Positions 51,686 to 60,625 of a stretch of 64,000 bases of DNA are shown here, piece after piece. The stretch covers positions 20,156 through 84,155 of the forward strand of contig JACOZP010000008.1 of assembly GCA_016181265.1 (NCBI GenBank). Reading direction: 5' to 3'. Position 1 is the first letter of the stretch. Every line of letters starts with the position of its first letter. The translations under genes were made by a program, and so were the position numbers. The notes under the pieces are model-generated. The model saw only the letters and a program-made list of their open reading frames with translations. It was not told where the DNA came from and made no database searches. This DNA comes from Candidatus Woesearchaeota archaeon. Lineage in GTDB: Archaea > Nanobdellota > Nanobdellia > Woesearchaeales > GW2011-AR9.

Positions 51686-52355
51686 AAGGTTATATTTCGT
51701 TCCGGTGCGAGAAGTATGCAATGCCGATTGTACTTTTTGTTATATGAATGAGAAAGCGGTCGATGAACAAAAACCACAGTTCATTCCGCTTGAAAAGCTG
51801 ATAGGATGCGTTGCTTCTCTTCAGGGGAAATTCAATCAAGTGGAGATCACGGGAGGGGGTGAGCCAACTCTCCATCCTAAGCTGCCTGAGATTCTGAGAT
51901 TATTTGAAAATACATACCGGAAAATGTATACTAATGGTTTCCATCTGAGAAATCTGCCGCCTTTTGAAGAAGTAAATATTTCAAGAGTGCATTGGGATTC
52001 AGTAATTAATAACCAGTATTACCGATCAAGATCACAAAATGAACTTAGTGTAGCGATAGATCATTATAGGGGGATTGCAGAGAGAATAAGAATCCAAACC
52101 ATCCTTCTGCGCGGAGCAATTGATTCTCGCGAAAAATTGCTCGATTTTGTAACACGCTATGAAGAGAAAGTTGATGTTTTTATGTTTAGGACGTTGTTTC
52201 CAAAATGTTCTTTGGAGAAAGCAAAAATGGTGACGTATGAAGAAGTCTTTGTAAAACATCCGAAAGTAGTCTTTGACAAGACGTTGGATGATTATTCCAG
52301 GCCCCTTTATTTTATCGGGACTGATTGTAATGTGCATGAAACGTTTCAGTTTTAA
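51672..52355 (+). CDS. small radical SAM enzyme (227 aa), subfamily unassigned
   Basis: VPVREVCNADCTFCYM (CxxxCxxC) at residues 17-24 and EITGGGEPTLHP. 14-nt overlap with the upstream gene. Confidence 0.8.
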   Translation: MVDDRRLYFVPVREVCNADCTFCYMNEKAVDEQKPQFIPLEKLIGCVASLQGKFNQVEITGGGEPTLHPKLPEILRLFENTYRKMYTNGFHLRNLPPFEEVNISRVHWDSVINNQYYRSRSQNELSVAIDHYRGIAERIRIQTILLRGAIDSREKLLDFVTRYEEKVDVFMFRTLFPKCSLEKAKMVTYEEVFVKHPKVVFDKTLDDYSRPLYFIGTDCNVHETFQF

Positions 52356-52416
52356 TATCAATGGGTAACACAAAGAATTTATAGTTCAGCCACCCGTAAG
52401 ATATAAAGTGTTTATC

Positions 52417-52881
52417 ATGAAACTGACTAGTCCTGCTTTTGAAGCGAATGGCGAGATTCCTAGTAAATACACGTGTGATGGGAGTAATATTAGTATTCCT
52501 TTGACATTTGAAGACGTGCCTAAAAACGCGAAGAGTCTCGTTTTAATTATGGATGATCCGGATATTCCTGAAGTGGCGAAGAGGAATTTTAATATTGATG
52601 TGTGGGATCATTGGATTGTTTTTAATATTCCGGCAGAAACAACAGAAATTCCAGAAGGAAAGATGCGGGCGGGCGTTCTGGGAAAGAATACGCGCGGCAA
52701 TAATACCTATGGCGGACCTTGCCCGCCGGATCGGGAGCACCGCTATTTCTTCAAGCTCTATGCACTTGATACGATGCTTAACTTAAAAGAAGGAGCGACG
52801 AAGAAAGACGTGGAGATGGCGATGGAAGGACATATTGTTGCGAGAGCGGAATTGATGGGACGATATGAGAGGAAGAAATAA
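52417..52881 (+). CDS. PEBP-family protein (YbhB/YbcL-like)
   Basis: LIMDDPDIP, HWIVFNIP and GPCPPDREHRYFFKLYALD motifs. Confidence 0.88.
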   Translation: MKLTSPAFEANGEIPSKYTCDGSNISIPLTFEDVPKNAKSLVLIMDDPDIPEVAKRNFNIDVWDHWIVFNIPAETTEIPEGKMRAGVLGKNTRGNNTYGGPCPPDREHRYFFKLYALDTMLNLKEGATKKDVEMAMEGHIVARAELMGRYERKK

Positions 52882-53286
52882 TTATCTCTTTTTCTTAAAT
52901 CCTAACGAAACGGAATTGATACAATAACGTAATCCCGTCGGTTGGGGACCGTCGTCAAAGAGGTGACCGAGATGGCCACCGCATTTCTTGCAGATGACTT
53001 CTGTGCGTTTCATCCCGAAACTATGGTCCTCTTGGAGGACGACTCTGTCTTTAATCACATCAGAAAAACTAGGCCAGCCACACCCAGCATCAAATTTTGT
53101 TTCGGAGGAGAATAATTCTGTGCCACAGGCAGCACAGACGTACGTCCCATTTTCAATGTTGTAGAGAAGTTTTCCAGAAAATGGCTTTTCTGTTCCTTTC
53201 TCGCGAAGAATGTGATATTGTTCTGGAGTGAGTTTCTTTTTCCAATCAGTTTGTTCAGGTTTTGCTTTTAGTTTTGATTCTTTCAT
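52882..53286 (-). CDS. msrB: peptide-methionine (R)-S-oxide reductase MsrB
   Basis: CAACGTELF...GCGWPSF...[16 protein letters not shown]...RYCINS. Met at 53286 (MKESKL) chosen because the longer track ORF overlaps the upstream gene. Confidence 0.9.
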   Translation of the reverse strand: MKESKLKAKPEQTDWKKKLTPEQYHILREKGTEKPFSGKLLYNIENGTYVCAACGTELFSSETKFDAGCGWPSFSDVIKDRVVLQEDHSFGMKRTEVICKKCGGHLGHLFDDGPQPTGLRYCINSVSLGFKKKR

Positions 53287-53288
53287 GG

Positions 53289-54077
53289 TTAACCAAGAAA
53301 AGTAAAGCGAGGGACGTCTCCGTCTTTGGTACGAACAGTTGTGAGAAAATCGTTTCGTGATCTGACCCAAACGCGTCGAGGTCCAAATTCTGAATCTTCA
53401 CGCGCGCGATAGATGACAACAGGTTCTGGTTGTTCAGTTTCAGTATCTAAAGCAATATCAAGAACATCATATTCATTGCCTCTGTAGTGACGCCATTTGC
53501 CAAGAGGGATATCGGGATCGCCAGCGAAAATCTTCTCAATGGGATCATCTCGACGAACAACACCTTGTCTAAAAACTTCTGCATAGAACCCTGTCAGACC
53601 CCATCGGGGAGAGGTATAATCACACTTCGCAACTCGCTGATCAAACATCGCTTTGATAATTCCTGCACCATACGCATCAGCAATAGTGGTGCAAGGTGTC
53701 CTGATTGCACTAATTCTAAGTCTTACATCAGCACCAACTTGATATACATCACCGATACGGATGGTATGGTAGTCTAAGCCTTCAGTGGTGAGATTTTCTC
53801 CTAGTGCTCCAGGGAAGACAGGAAAACCACTCTTCTTCAATTCTTCCAAGCATTCGAGAGAGTAAAGACAGACTGCTTTCTGGCTCCCCCCATGTTTCCC
53901 GGGCTTTCCGCTGCTTTGAATTCTATCTATACCCCAACTCCATTCGTCGCCGATAACGCGCTCGAGAGAAACGTACGCTTCCGGTACGGGAAGCTTAGGG
54001 ACGCCGCCGCTCCCGGTATTGATTTGATGGATTTTCCCGGTCATGTGACGATTAAAATTAGTTTGACTATAAATCAT
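53289..54077 (-). CDS. MOSC-domain protein with C-terminal DUF1653-like extension
   Basis: [45 protein letters not shown] (MOSC). C-terminal [17 protein letters not shown]...VVIYRA (DUF1653-like). Confidence 0.75.
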   Translation of the reverse strand: MIYSQTNFNRHMTGKIHQINTGSGGVPKLPVPEAYVSLERVIGDEWSWGIDRIQSSGKPGKHGGSQKAVCLYSLECLEELKKSGFPVFPGALGENLTTEGLDYHTIRIGDVYQVGADVRLRISAIRTPCTTIADAYGAGIIKAMFDQRVAKCDYTSPRWGLTGFYAEVFRQGVVRRDDPIEKIFAGDPDIPLGKWRHYRGNEYDVLDIALDTETEQPEPVVIYRAREDSEFGPRRVWVRSRNDFLTTVRTKDGDVPRFTFLG

Positions 54078-54089
54078 TTATGTTTTGGG

Positions 54090-54243
54090 GTACGTATTTA
54101 GTTGGCCGTTCGTCTCGCGGAAAATTAGCTGTGAATCATTTATTCCAAAAGAGAAATAAGATCAGATTATTTTCCGTCCCCATCCTTTCTGCTTCGCTAA
54201 CTACTGCGAGACGAACCTCTTGGCCAACTAACTAAATACGTAC
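54090..54243. repeat. long imperfect inverted repeat (29 bp paired, ~87-nt interior) between MOSC and trm1 genes
   Basis: Arm 1 (54090-54118) is GTACGTATTTAGTT-GGCC-GTTCGTCTCGC. Arm 2 (54206-54243) is its reverse complement with 4-nt (AACT) and 5-nt (CTCTT) insertions. The interior contains a nested GGAAAAT/ATTTTCC helix. Arm 2 overlaps the last codons of trm1. Confidence 0.8.
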
Positions 54244-55350
54244 TTTTGGTGGCGCTCGGAGGAATTCTTTCTCGATCTCTTCCAATGAAGCGGTCGTCTT
54301 GATTCCAGTTCCAGAGAAATGTGTTCTCACGGCTTTCATTTTCTTCAAAAGATTCTCCATGCGTGGCGAATCAGTCTTCAATTTACGCGCGATTTCATGA
54401 AGATCATAAAAACCAACCTGGGAAATTGTTGCCTCTTGAGCAAGAAGATCCAAGAATTGTTGTTCTTCAGGGAAAGGATTTTGTTTAGCCATCTTCTGAA
54501 TTAATTTGGAATCGCTAAGTTCTCCAGTCCATAGTGGGCCGGCAAATTGGAATTGCTGTCCACAAGAACAAGTTTTGCGGTTGAAGGGGGAGTGAGTAAA
54601 ATGGAGGCAGAAAGAGCAGAACAAGAAGTATTGATGCTGTTTGATGAGCGCGTCACATTTCTCTTTTCCTTTCGAAGCGCGGAAATAGATCCGAAAATAA
54701 TGATCTTTGTGGTACGAGAGGAGGGGGGTTAATGCTTTGTCAAATTGTGTGCCTTGAAGCTGAATTTTGCGGATGAGAATACGTAGGCCAAGCTCATGCA
54801 TGAGATAATTGTGCATTGATTCTGACCAATATTTCCGCCGGGTGACTTGAAGATATGTGCCGGTTAATGCAGCGGTATCCGTAGCAGTGATAGCAAGAAT
54901 GCCCTCACGAGAAATACGTGTGACGGCAGCGGCAAGGAAAGGATTGGGACTGCCGAACGGATCAATATCGATATAATCAAAACCGGTCTGTTCAAGAAGG
55001 AATTGTGTCGCTTCTTTATTCTCGATACTTATCTTCTCTGTCTTCTTAATCTTGTTGTTCTTCAGTTGGGCAGTAAAGTAAGAAGAGAAATTGGGTTTGA
55101 GGTCATTGGCACAGAGCTGTTTTATTTTTCCCGTTTTCAACTCTTTAAGAAAACGCAGGGAGCGGATGCCTGAACCAGCAAGGGGGTCAGCTATTTTTAG
55201 ATTTTTTGAAGAGATCATGTTCAGAAGAAGAATAGAAAGATTCCGGTTGGAAACCATGATGGGATTGTAAAAAATCTCCATCTTGGCGTTTACATCTCCT
55301 TTAGGTAAAGTGATCGGAAGAGAAACGGAATGTTCAGTGATTGATGTCAT
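54232..55350 (-). CDS. trm1: tRNA (guanine26-N2)-dimethyltransferase Trm1
   Basis: MEIFYNPIMVSNRNLS, PLAGSGIRSLRF, IDIDPFGSPNPFL and ITATDTAALTG, plus a C-terminal Cys cluster. Met at 55350 chosen (ATTTTTAAAG box about 22 nt upstream). Confidence 0.88.
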   Translation of the reverse strand: MTSITEHSVSLPITLPKGDVNAKMEIFYNPIMVSNRNLSILLLNMISSKNLKIADPLAGSGIRSLRFLKELKTGKIKQLCANDLKPNFSSYFTAQLKNNKIKKTEKISIENKEATQFLLEQTGFDYIDIDPFGSPNPFLAAAVTRISREGILAITATDTAALTGTYLQVTRRKYWSESMHNYLMHELGLRILIRKIQLQGTQFDKALTPLLSYHKDHYFRIYFRASKGKEKCDALIKQHQYFLFCSFCLHFTHSPFNRKTCSCGQQFQFAGPLWTGELSDSKLIQKMAKQNPFPEEQQFLDLLAQEATISQVGFYDLHEIARKLKTDSPRMENLLKKMKAVRTHFSGTGIKTTASLEEIEKEFLRAPPKVRI

Positions 55351-55447
55351 CAAGTAGCAGAAGAGAATTTGCTTTAAAAATGTATTCTTAAAGAAAGAAT
55401 TGAGATTGTCAAAGAAAACCACCCACCACTGGTGGAAAGCTCAACTT

Positions 55448-56518
55448 CTAATCGCTATTTTTCCCATTACCATCCATTTCTCTATAGATTTGGATGCAGG
55501 TGATCAAGATTGCCAGAAGAATGGGACCAAAGAAAAATCCTAAGAGGCCAAAGAAATGTAACCCCCCCAAGACGCTCATAAAGACAGCATATGTTGACAT
55601 TTGGATTTTCTCACCGATAATCTTCGGTTTGAGCAGCGTTTCAATGGAAGTAAGGATGAGCACGGCAGCACCAATGAGGATCATCGCTTTAAGGAAAGCA
55701 CCTTGAATGAGAAAGATGATAGCTATAGGAATCCAAATAAGCGAAGGACCTAATCCGGGGATGAATGCAAGGATAGCGATCATCAAGCCCCAGAAGAGAG
55801 GAGCAGAAACGCCGAGGAGATAGAAGATGAGAGATGCTGCGACACCTTGCAGGAATGCAGTCGTGACGTTGCCGCCGATGACTGCTTTGATAGTTTCTTC
55901 CAGACGCTGGACAATCCGGCGTTTATCCCCCTTAGATAAAGGGAGGATGGAAACAACGGTGCTTTTAATTTCTTCGCCATGATCCAGAAAATAGAATAGA
56001 GAGAAAACCATGACCAGAAAGAAGATGATGAATGAGACGATGCCTGCAAGGAGGCCAGTTATCTTATCATAGATGTAGAGAGATGTCTTCTGGAGGAACT
56101 CATTGCTACGTTCTTTGAACTCGGGAGAATCAAAGAAAGAGGAAAATGTTTGAGAGATCTGGCAAGCGGGAAGATCTTTTGTATCCGGGCTGCAGTTCTC
56201 AAGATCACTGACAAACGACGAGACCATCTGGCCCGATTTGACATAGAGAGATTGTGCTTGTGTGGCAAGGGGAAAAGCAATGATAGAAATAAGCAACAGA
56301 AGGACAAATCCCGCGCCAAGACCAATAATGATTTGTGCTGCTACTTTTGATTTTACAACCACAAGGAGTTTGGCATACAAAGGTTTGACGAAATACGCAA
56401 GAAGTGCGCCGACAATAATCGCATTAAGATAAGGACGGAACATGAAAAAAGCGAGTATTAACAGGAGTACAAAGAAAAAGAAAAAGACCCATTTCCGCTT
56501 ATGTTCCTCAAAACCCAT
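55448..56518 (-). CDS. AI-2E family (PerM/YhhT-like) transporter
   Basis: 356 aa with about 8 TM. IKAVIGGNVTTAFLQGV and AFIPGLGPSLIWIP motifs are typical of UPF0118/AI-2E. Confidence 0.78.
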   Translation of the reverse strand: MGFEEHKRKWVFFFFFVLLLILAFFMFRPYLNAIIVGALLAYFVKPLYAKLLVVVKSKVAAQIIIGLGAGFVLLLLISIIAFPLATQAQSLYVKSGQMVSSFVSDLENCSPDTKDLPACQISQTFSSFFDSPEFKERSNEFLQKTSLYIYDKITGLLAGIVSFIIFFLVMVFSLFYFLDHGEEIKSTVVSILPLSKGDKRRIVQRLEETIKAVIGGNVTTAFLQGVAASLIFYLLGVSAPLFWGLMIAILAFIPGLGPSLIWIPIAIIFLIQGAFLKAMILIGAAVLILTSIETLLKPKIIGEKIQMSTYAVFMSVLGGLHFFGLLGFFFGPILLAILITCIQIYREMDGNGKNSD

Positions 56519-56619
56519 ATCCCGGACGAAGGGAATGGATTATTTAAAGGTTACTTTTGGAATGAGCTAAACTTAAACGAGACAAAAGACTTAAATAAAA
56601 ATGATCTCTAGAGCAAGGA

Positions 56620-56958
56620 ATGGAAGAGATAATTAGTTACGATGAATTTGCAAAAGTAGATTTACGAGTAGGAACCATCTTAGAAGTAGAAGATTTCCCG
56701 CAAGCACGAAAACCGGCGTATAAACTCAAGATCGATCTGGGAGAGTTGGGAGTAAAGCAGTCTAGTGCTCAGATTACTAAAGAATATCCTAATAAAAAAG
56801 AATTGATAGGAAAACAAGTTGTTTGTGTGGTGAATTTTCCGAAGAAACAAATTGGACCGTTTATATCAGAATGTCTTACCACGGGTTTTGATGGAGAAAA
56901 AGGAGTAGTGCTTACCACCGTAGATAGAACTGTAAAGAATGGAATGAGACTATATTAG
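56620..56958 (+). CDS. csaA: tRNA-binding domain protein (CsaA/Trbp111-like)
   Basis: [33 protein letters not shown]...[23 protein letters not shown]. Confidence 0.85.
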   Translation: MEEIISYDEFAKVDLRVGTILEVEDFPQARKPAYKLKIDLGELGVKQSSAQITKEYPNKKELIGKQVVCVVNFPKKQIGPFISECLTTGFDGEKGVVLTTVDRTVKNGMRLY

Positions 56959-56969
56959 TAGCCTAGGTA

Positions 56970-57899
56970 TTAGTGCCGTTTTAATAGAGAAGCTCCCATC
57001 TGACTAACAACACGTGAAGCGATTCTGCTCCCGTTCATGCCACACGCGGACAAATCATCTCCGTTTAGATATGCTGTTAGGAACCCTGCAGCATAACCAT
57101 CTCCTGCACCATTAGTATTGACAACGGTTGTGGGAACGATAGGGATGCGATGATCAATTCTTTCTGCCAAGATACGTGATCCTTGTACGCCATACTTTAA
57201 ACAGATAATCTTATGGTGATGAGGATTCTCTGCATGAGAAGTAAATTCCCTGCCGACGGCAGCCACGTATTCCTCAGGAGAGGCAAAGAGAATATCCGTA
57301 AGATCAAGAACGGTCTTCATTTTCTCGCCAATCTTATGACAGGTGTGAGGATTGGCGAGATCCACACTTATCTCTGCACCAGCTTCCTTGGCGCGACAAA
57401 GATAGGTGATAAATTCGTCTTCTTTTCCAACAATTTCATAACAGGAAGTGTGAATGATCTTAGCGGAAGTCGGAGCTTTCTTTAAATCAAAGTGAGGGGC
57501 GGCGTTCATCTGATTAAGAAATGTCCGCTCTCCATCAGGGGTGATGAAGGTATAACACACACCACTTTCACTAGCAGAAGAGATCTGCATGTGATTAGCG
57601 ATGCCGTATTCTTGGATCATTTTCCGATACGCTGTGCCGAGCAAATCGTTGCCTAGACAACCAACGATGCCTACTTTCAACCCTAAGACAGCAGTGGAAA
57701 AGCCAACATTTGCTGGCGAGCCAGCGGGACTTTCATAGCTCAGGGAGATGGCTTCTAGTTTTTGAGCGACCTGAGAACGAAGCAAGGCACGATGTTCTGC
57801 ACCGCGGCGTAAGTCTAAATCCTGGAGAAATTCAGTACTGACAGGATAGACCAGATCGGTAACAGCATTGGTAATGACTAAAAGATCTAATGGACTCAT
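56970..57899 (-). CDS. PfkB-family sugar/nucleoside kinase
   Basis: AGSPANVGFSTAVLGL (GG-like motif region) and NTNGAGDGYAAGFL (PfkB signature 2). Confidence 0.8.
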   Translation of the reverse strand: MSPLDLLVITNAVTDLVYPVSTEFLQDLDLRRGAEHRALLRSQVAQKLEAISLSYESPAGSPANVGFSTAVLGLKVGIVGCLGNDLLGTAYRKMIQEYGIANHMQISSASESGVCYTFITPDGERTFLNQMNAAPHFDLKKAPTSAKIIHTSCYEIVGKEDEFITYLCRAKEAGAEISVDLANPHTCHKIGEKMKTVLDLTDILFASPEEYVAAVGREFTSHAENPHHHKIICLKYGVQGSRILAERIDHRIPIVPTTVVNTNGAGDGYAAGFLTAYLNGDDLSACGMNGSRIASRVVSQMGASLLKRH

Positions 57900-57911
57900 G
57901 GGAAATCTCTC

Positions 57912-58565
57912 CTATTTCTCTATATATATTTCAATCCGTTCTTTTCCTTTACCAACGTTTACTCTTTTTAATGTTATCGAACCGATCTCCCCGCTAGATC
58001 TGACATGCGTGCCGCCGCAAGGCATTTTCCATTCACCACACGTCCACCAACGTAAATCTTGTTTTTCTTCATTGTTCTTCATGATGATGTGATGATCTTC
58101 TTGGATAAATAAGTTCATCTTCGATTCTAGTTGTGGAATTACCTCGTTTAATGGTTTCTCGTAAAGGAAATCCATACGTGCTTTCTCTGGAGCAATATTT
58201 GAACCAATAATTTTTACTTTTCCGATTACATCTTCTGTAAGGTAGTATAAAATATGTGCCGCTGAATGAAGATTCCGCAATTTTCTTCGTCGTTCAGGAT
58301 TAATTTTGATTGTAACGGTATCTCCCACTTTGAATGATGGTTCTTTCCCTAATGTATATTCGATATCAATGATATTTTCTTTGTCTCCTTGTTTTACGGC
58401 TTCGCTAACAGTAATACCGCTGATTGTGCCTTCATCAGAAGCTTGTCCACCGGAAAACGCGAAGAAAATAGTCTGATCTAGGTTTATCTTATTACCGTTG
58501 ATCTCTGTGACGGTTGCAGTGCACTCTGTGAGGTACGGGTCTTGCCAGAAGAGTTTGATGGTCAT
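57912..58565 (-). CDS. alaX: AlaX-type alanyl-tRNA editing protein (Thr/Ala-tRNA synthetase second additional domain)
   Basis: HSAAHILY (HxxxH) and PCGGTHV (CxxxH) zinc motifs. 217 aa. Confidence 0.85.
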   Translation of the reverse strand: MTIKLFWQDPYLTECTATVTEINGNKINLDQTIFFAFSGGQASDEGTISGITVSEAVKQGDKENIIDIEYTLGKEPSFKVGDTVTIKINPERRRKLRNLHSAAHILYYLTEDVIGKVKIIGSNIAPEKARMDFLYEKPLNEVIPQLESKMNLFIQEDHHIIMKNNEEKQDLRWWTCGEWKMPCGGTHVRSSGEIGSITLKRVNVGKGKERIEIYIEK

Positions 58566-58568
58566 TTT

Positions 58569-59045
58569 CTAATCCTCTTCAAATGAGTCCACATAAAAGC
58601 CATATTTTGAAAGATAGTTGTTCTTAGGATTAGTTTCTTTGAGCATCCCTTTTAGTTTGTACTTCTGATTGTGCACCAGCCCGTGACATGGTTTCCCGTA
58701 ATCACAATAGCCATAGGCTTCTCCATCCGAAGAGTAAAGCTGAATCGTCGTTTTCCATTCTTCTTCATAGCTTAATTCTTGAGATTCGGGGAGCTCGTTC
58801 TGGGAAAATATCACTTTTCCCCAGCATTCCATTGTAGAAGCCCGACAGACGGCTCGAACATTTAAAGCATAACCTTCTAATTCTATTTTTTGATTCACGT
58901 ACACTTCCGGATTGGCAGTGATGGCTGACATTTTTACTGTCATTCCACTGTTCTTCGACTGTGGGTCTACGTTTTTCTCTGTGCATCCGACTAAGAGAAA
59001 GGCTAAAGTAATGAACAACCCCACCGTCATTATTGCACGTTTCAT
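58569..59045 (-). CDS. predicted lipoprotein, hypothetical
   Basis: MKRAIMTVGLFITLAFLLVGCTEKN: signal peptide ending in the lipobox-like LVGC. Cys-rich mature part. Confidence 0.6.
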   Translation of the reverse strand: MKRAIMTVGLFITLAFLLVGCTEKNVDPQSKNSGMTVKMSAITANPEVYVNQKIELEGYALNVRAVCRASTMECWGKVIFSQNELPESQELSYEEEWKTTIQLYSSDGEAYGYCDYGKPCHGLVHNQKYKLKGMLKETNPKNNYLSKYGFYVDSFEED

Positions 59046-59047
59046 TT

Positions 59048-59944
59048 TTACATCGCCTCTAATTTTTTGATCCTTTCGTTAATATCTGGATGCGTGCTAA
59101 ATAGATTTGTAAAAGTCCCTTTTGTCTTCCTAAACGGCGTCGAAATAAAGAGATGCGCCGTTGCCCGATTGGCTTTATCAACTAACGGATCAGGATCTTC
59201 TTTTATCTTGCGCAGCGCATCAGCCAGTCCCTTTGGATAGCGTGTCAGCATCGCGCCGGAGGCATCTGCCAAAAACTCACGCTTGCGGGAAACAGCTAAC
59301 TTCATCAGTTCGCCGATCAGCGGCGATAATATTGCCAGAGCTAGTCCTACGACAATCAAGATCGCTGTTCCAGAGCCTTTCTCGCGATCATTTCCATGGG
59401 ATCCCCACAAGAAACTACGTAACAAGAAGTCGGATAATAGTACCGTCAAACCAACCATCACGGAAGCAAGCAGCATCACGCGGATGTCAAAGTTTTTGAT
59501 GTGTGAAATCTCGTGAGCGAGAACTCCTTCCAATTCCAATTTATTTAATCGTTCCAGCAATCCGGTGGTTACTGCTACAGATGCATGCTGGGGATCACGA
59601 CCAGTAGCAAACGCATTCAAAGCGCTGTCTTCAATTACATACACCGCGGGAACTTTAGGTAATCCCGCAGCAATGGATAGTCCCTCGACGGTGTTGATGA
59701 GATGAGTATATTTCGGCTTGGTCGCTTCGTGGGCGCCGGTCATGGTTAAGACGGCATTCGCACCAGCGTAATAGCTGAAGAGGAAATAGATGATGCCAAT
59801 AAAGATAGCGAATCCAACGCCAAAATAGGTGCTGCCATACATCGCTCCGATAACGACACCAAGGACAGTAACTAGAACAAAGAAGAAAAAAAGCAAAAGG
59901 TACGTGCGCCTCTGGTTAGAGGCTATTTCATCGTAGATCCCCAT
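59048..59944 (-). CDS. htpX: HtpX-family zinc metalloprotease (M48)
   Basis: HEISHIKNFD (HExxH) and 4 TM. C-terminal FSTHPDINERI. Confidence 0.9.
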   Translation of the reverse strand: MGIYDEIASNQRRTYLLLFFFFVLVTVLGVVIGAMYGSTYFGVGFAIFIGIIYFLFSYYAGANAVLTMTGAHEATKPKYTHLINTVEGLSIAAGLPKVPAVYVIEDSALNAFATGRDPQHASVAVTTGLLERLNKLELEGVLAHEISHIKNFDIRVMLLASVMVGLTVLLSDFLLRSFLWGSHGNDREKGSGTAILIVVGLALAILSPLIGELMKLAVSRKREFLADASGAMLTRYPKGLADALRKIKEDPDPLVDKANRATAHLFISTPFRKTKGTFTNLFSTHPDINERIKKLEAM

Positions 59945-59949
59945 GGAGA

Positions 59950-60504
59950 TTAGAACTCTACTTTGACATTTCCTCGTTCTTTCCCGTCTGCTTTGAAGAA
60001 TTCTTCTGCTTTAAAGCTAAAAAGTTTAGCAAACAAGTTCTTAGGAAAAACTTGCAACGACTCATTGTAGCTCATCACAGAATCATTATAGAACTGGCGG
60101 GCGTATGCAATCTTGCTTTCAGTACCCGATAATTCTTCCTGCAGCTGCTTAAAGTTTTCGTTCGCTTTCAGTTGAGGGTAATTTTCTGCGACAGCAAAAA
60201 TAGACTTTAATGCGTCGGTGATCTGATTTGATGCTTTCGCTTTATCTTTCATCGATCCGGAGATTAAAGAAGTACGCGCTTTGGTCACTTCCTCAAGTAC
60301 CCCTTTTTCGTGTTTCATATAGCCTTTAACGGCGCTGATTAGATTAGGGATCAAATCATATCTTCTTTTTAACTGTACATCAATCTGAGACCAAGCATTT
60401 TTTACGCGCATGCGTAAGCGGATCAGACTGTTGTAGATGTAAATAACAAGTAATACAACCGCAACAATGACTACTAATATCCATGTGGCTACCATAATTT
60501 TCAC
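59950..60504 (-). CDS. lemA: LemA-family protein
   Basis: N-terminal TM, then NAWSQIDVQLKRRYDLIPNL and YNDSVMSYN, typical of LemA. Confidence 0.88.
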   Translation of the reverse strand: MKIMVATWILVVIVAVVLLVIYIYNSLIRLRMRVKNAWSQIDVQLKRRYDLIPNLISAVKGYMKHEKGVLEEVTKARTSLISGSMKDKAKASNQITDALKSIFAVAENYPQLKANENFKQLQEELSGTESKIAYARQFYNDSVMSYNESLQVFPKNLFAKLFSFKAEEFFKADGKERGNVKVEF

Positions 60505-60625
60505 TCCCCTTATTGAAGGTAGATTTCTGTTGTTCTGCCTCTTTAAAAGCTTTATGGAGGAAAAATGGTTACCGTAATGTATATAAACTGAGAAAGAATC
60601 CTCTCTGCAAAGAGAGGTAACGGAT

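Noticed and set aside
54090-54243. Bulge-helix-bulge processing motif in the long inverted repeat
   Set aside because: The two bulges (4 and 5 nt) are on the same strand and are separated by a 4-bp helix. A BHB needs 3-nt bulges on opposite strands.
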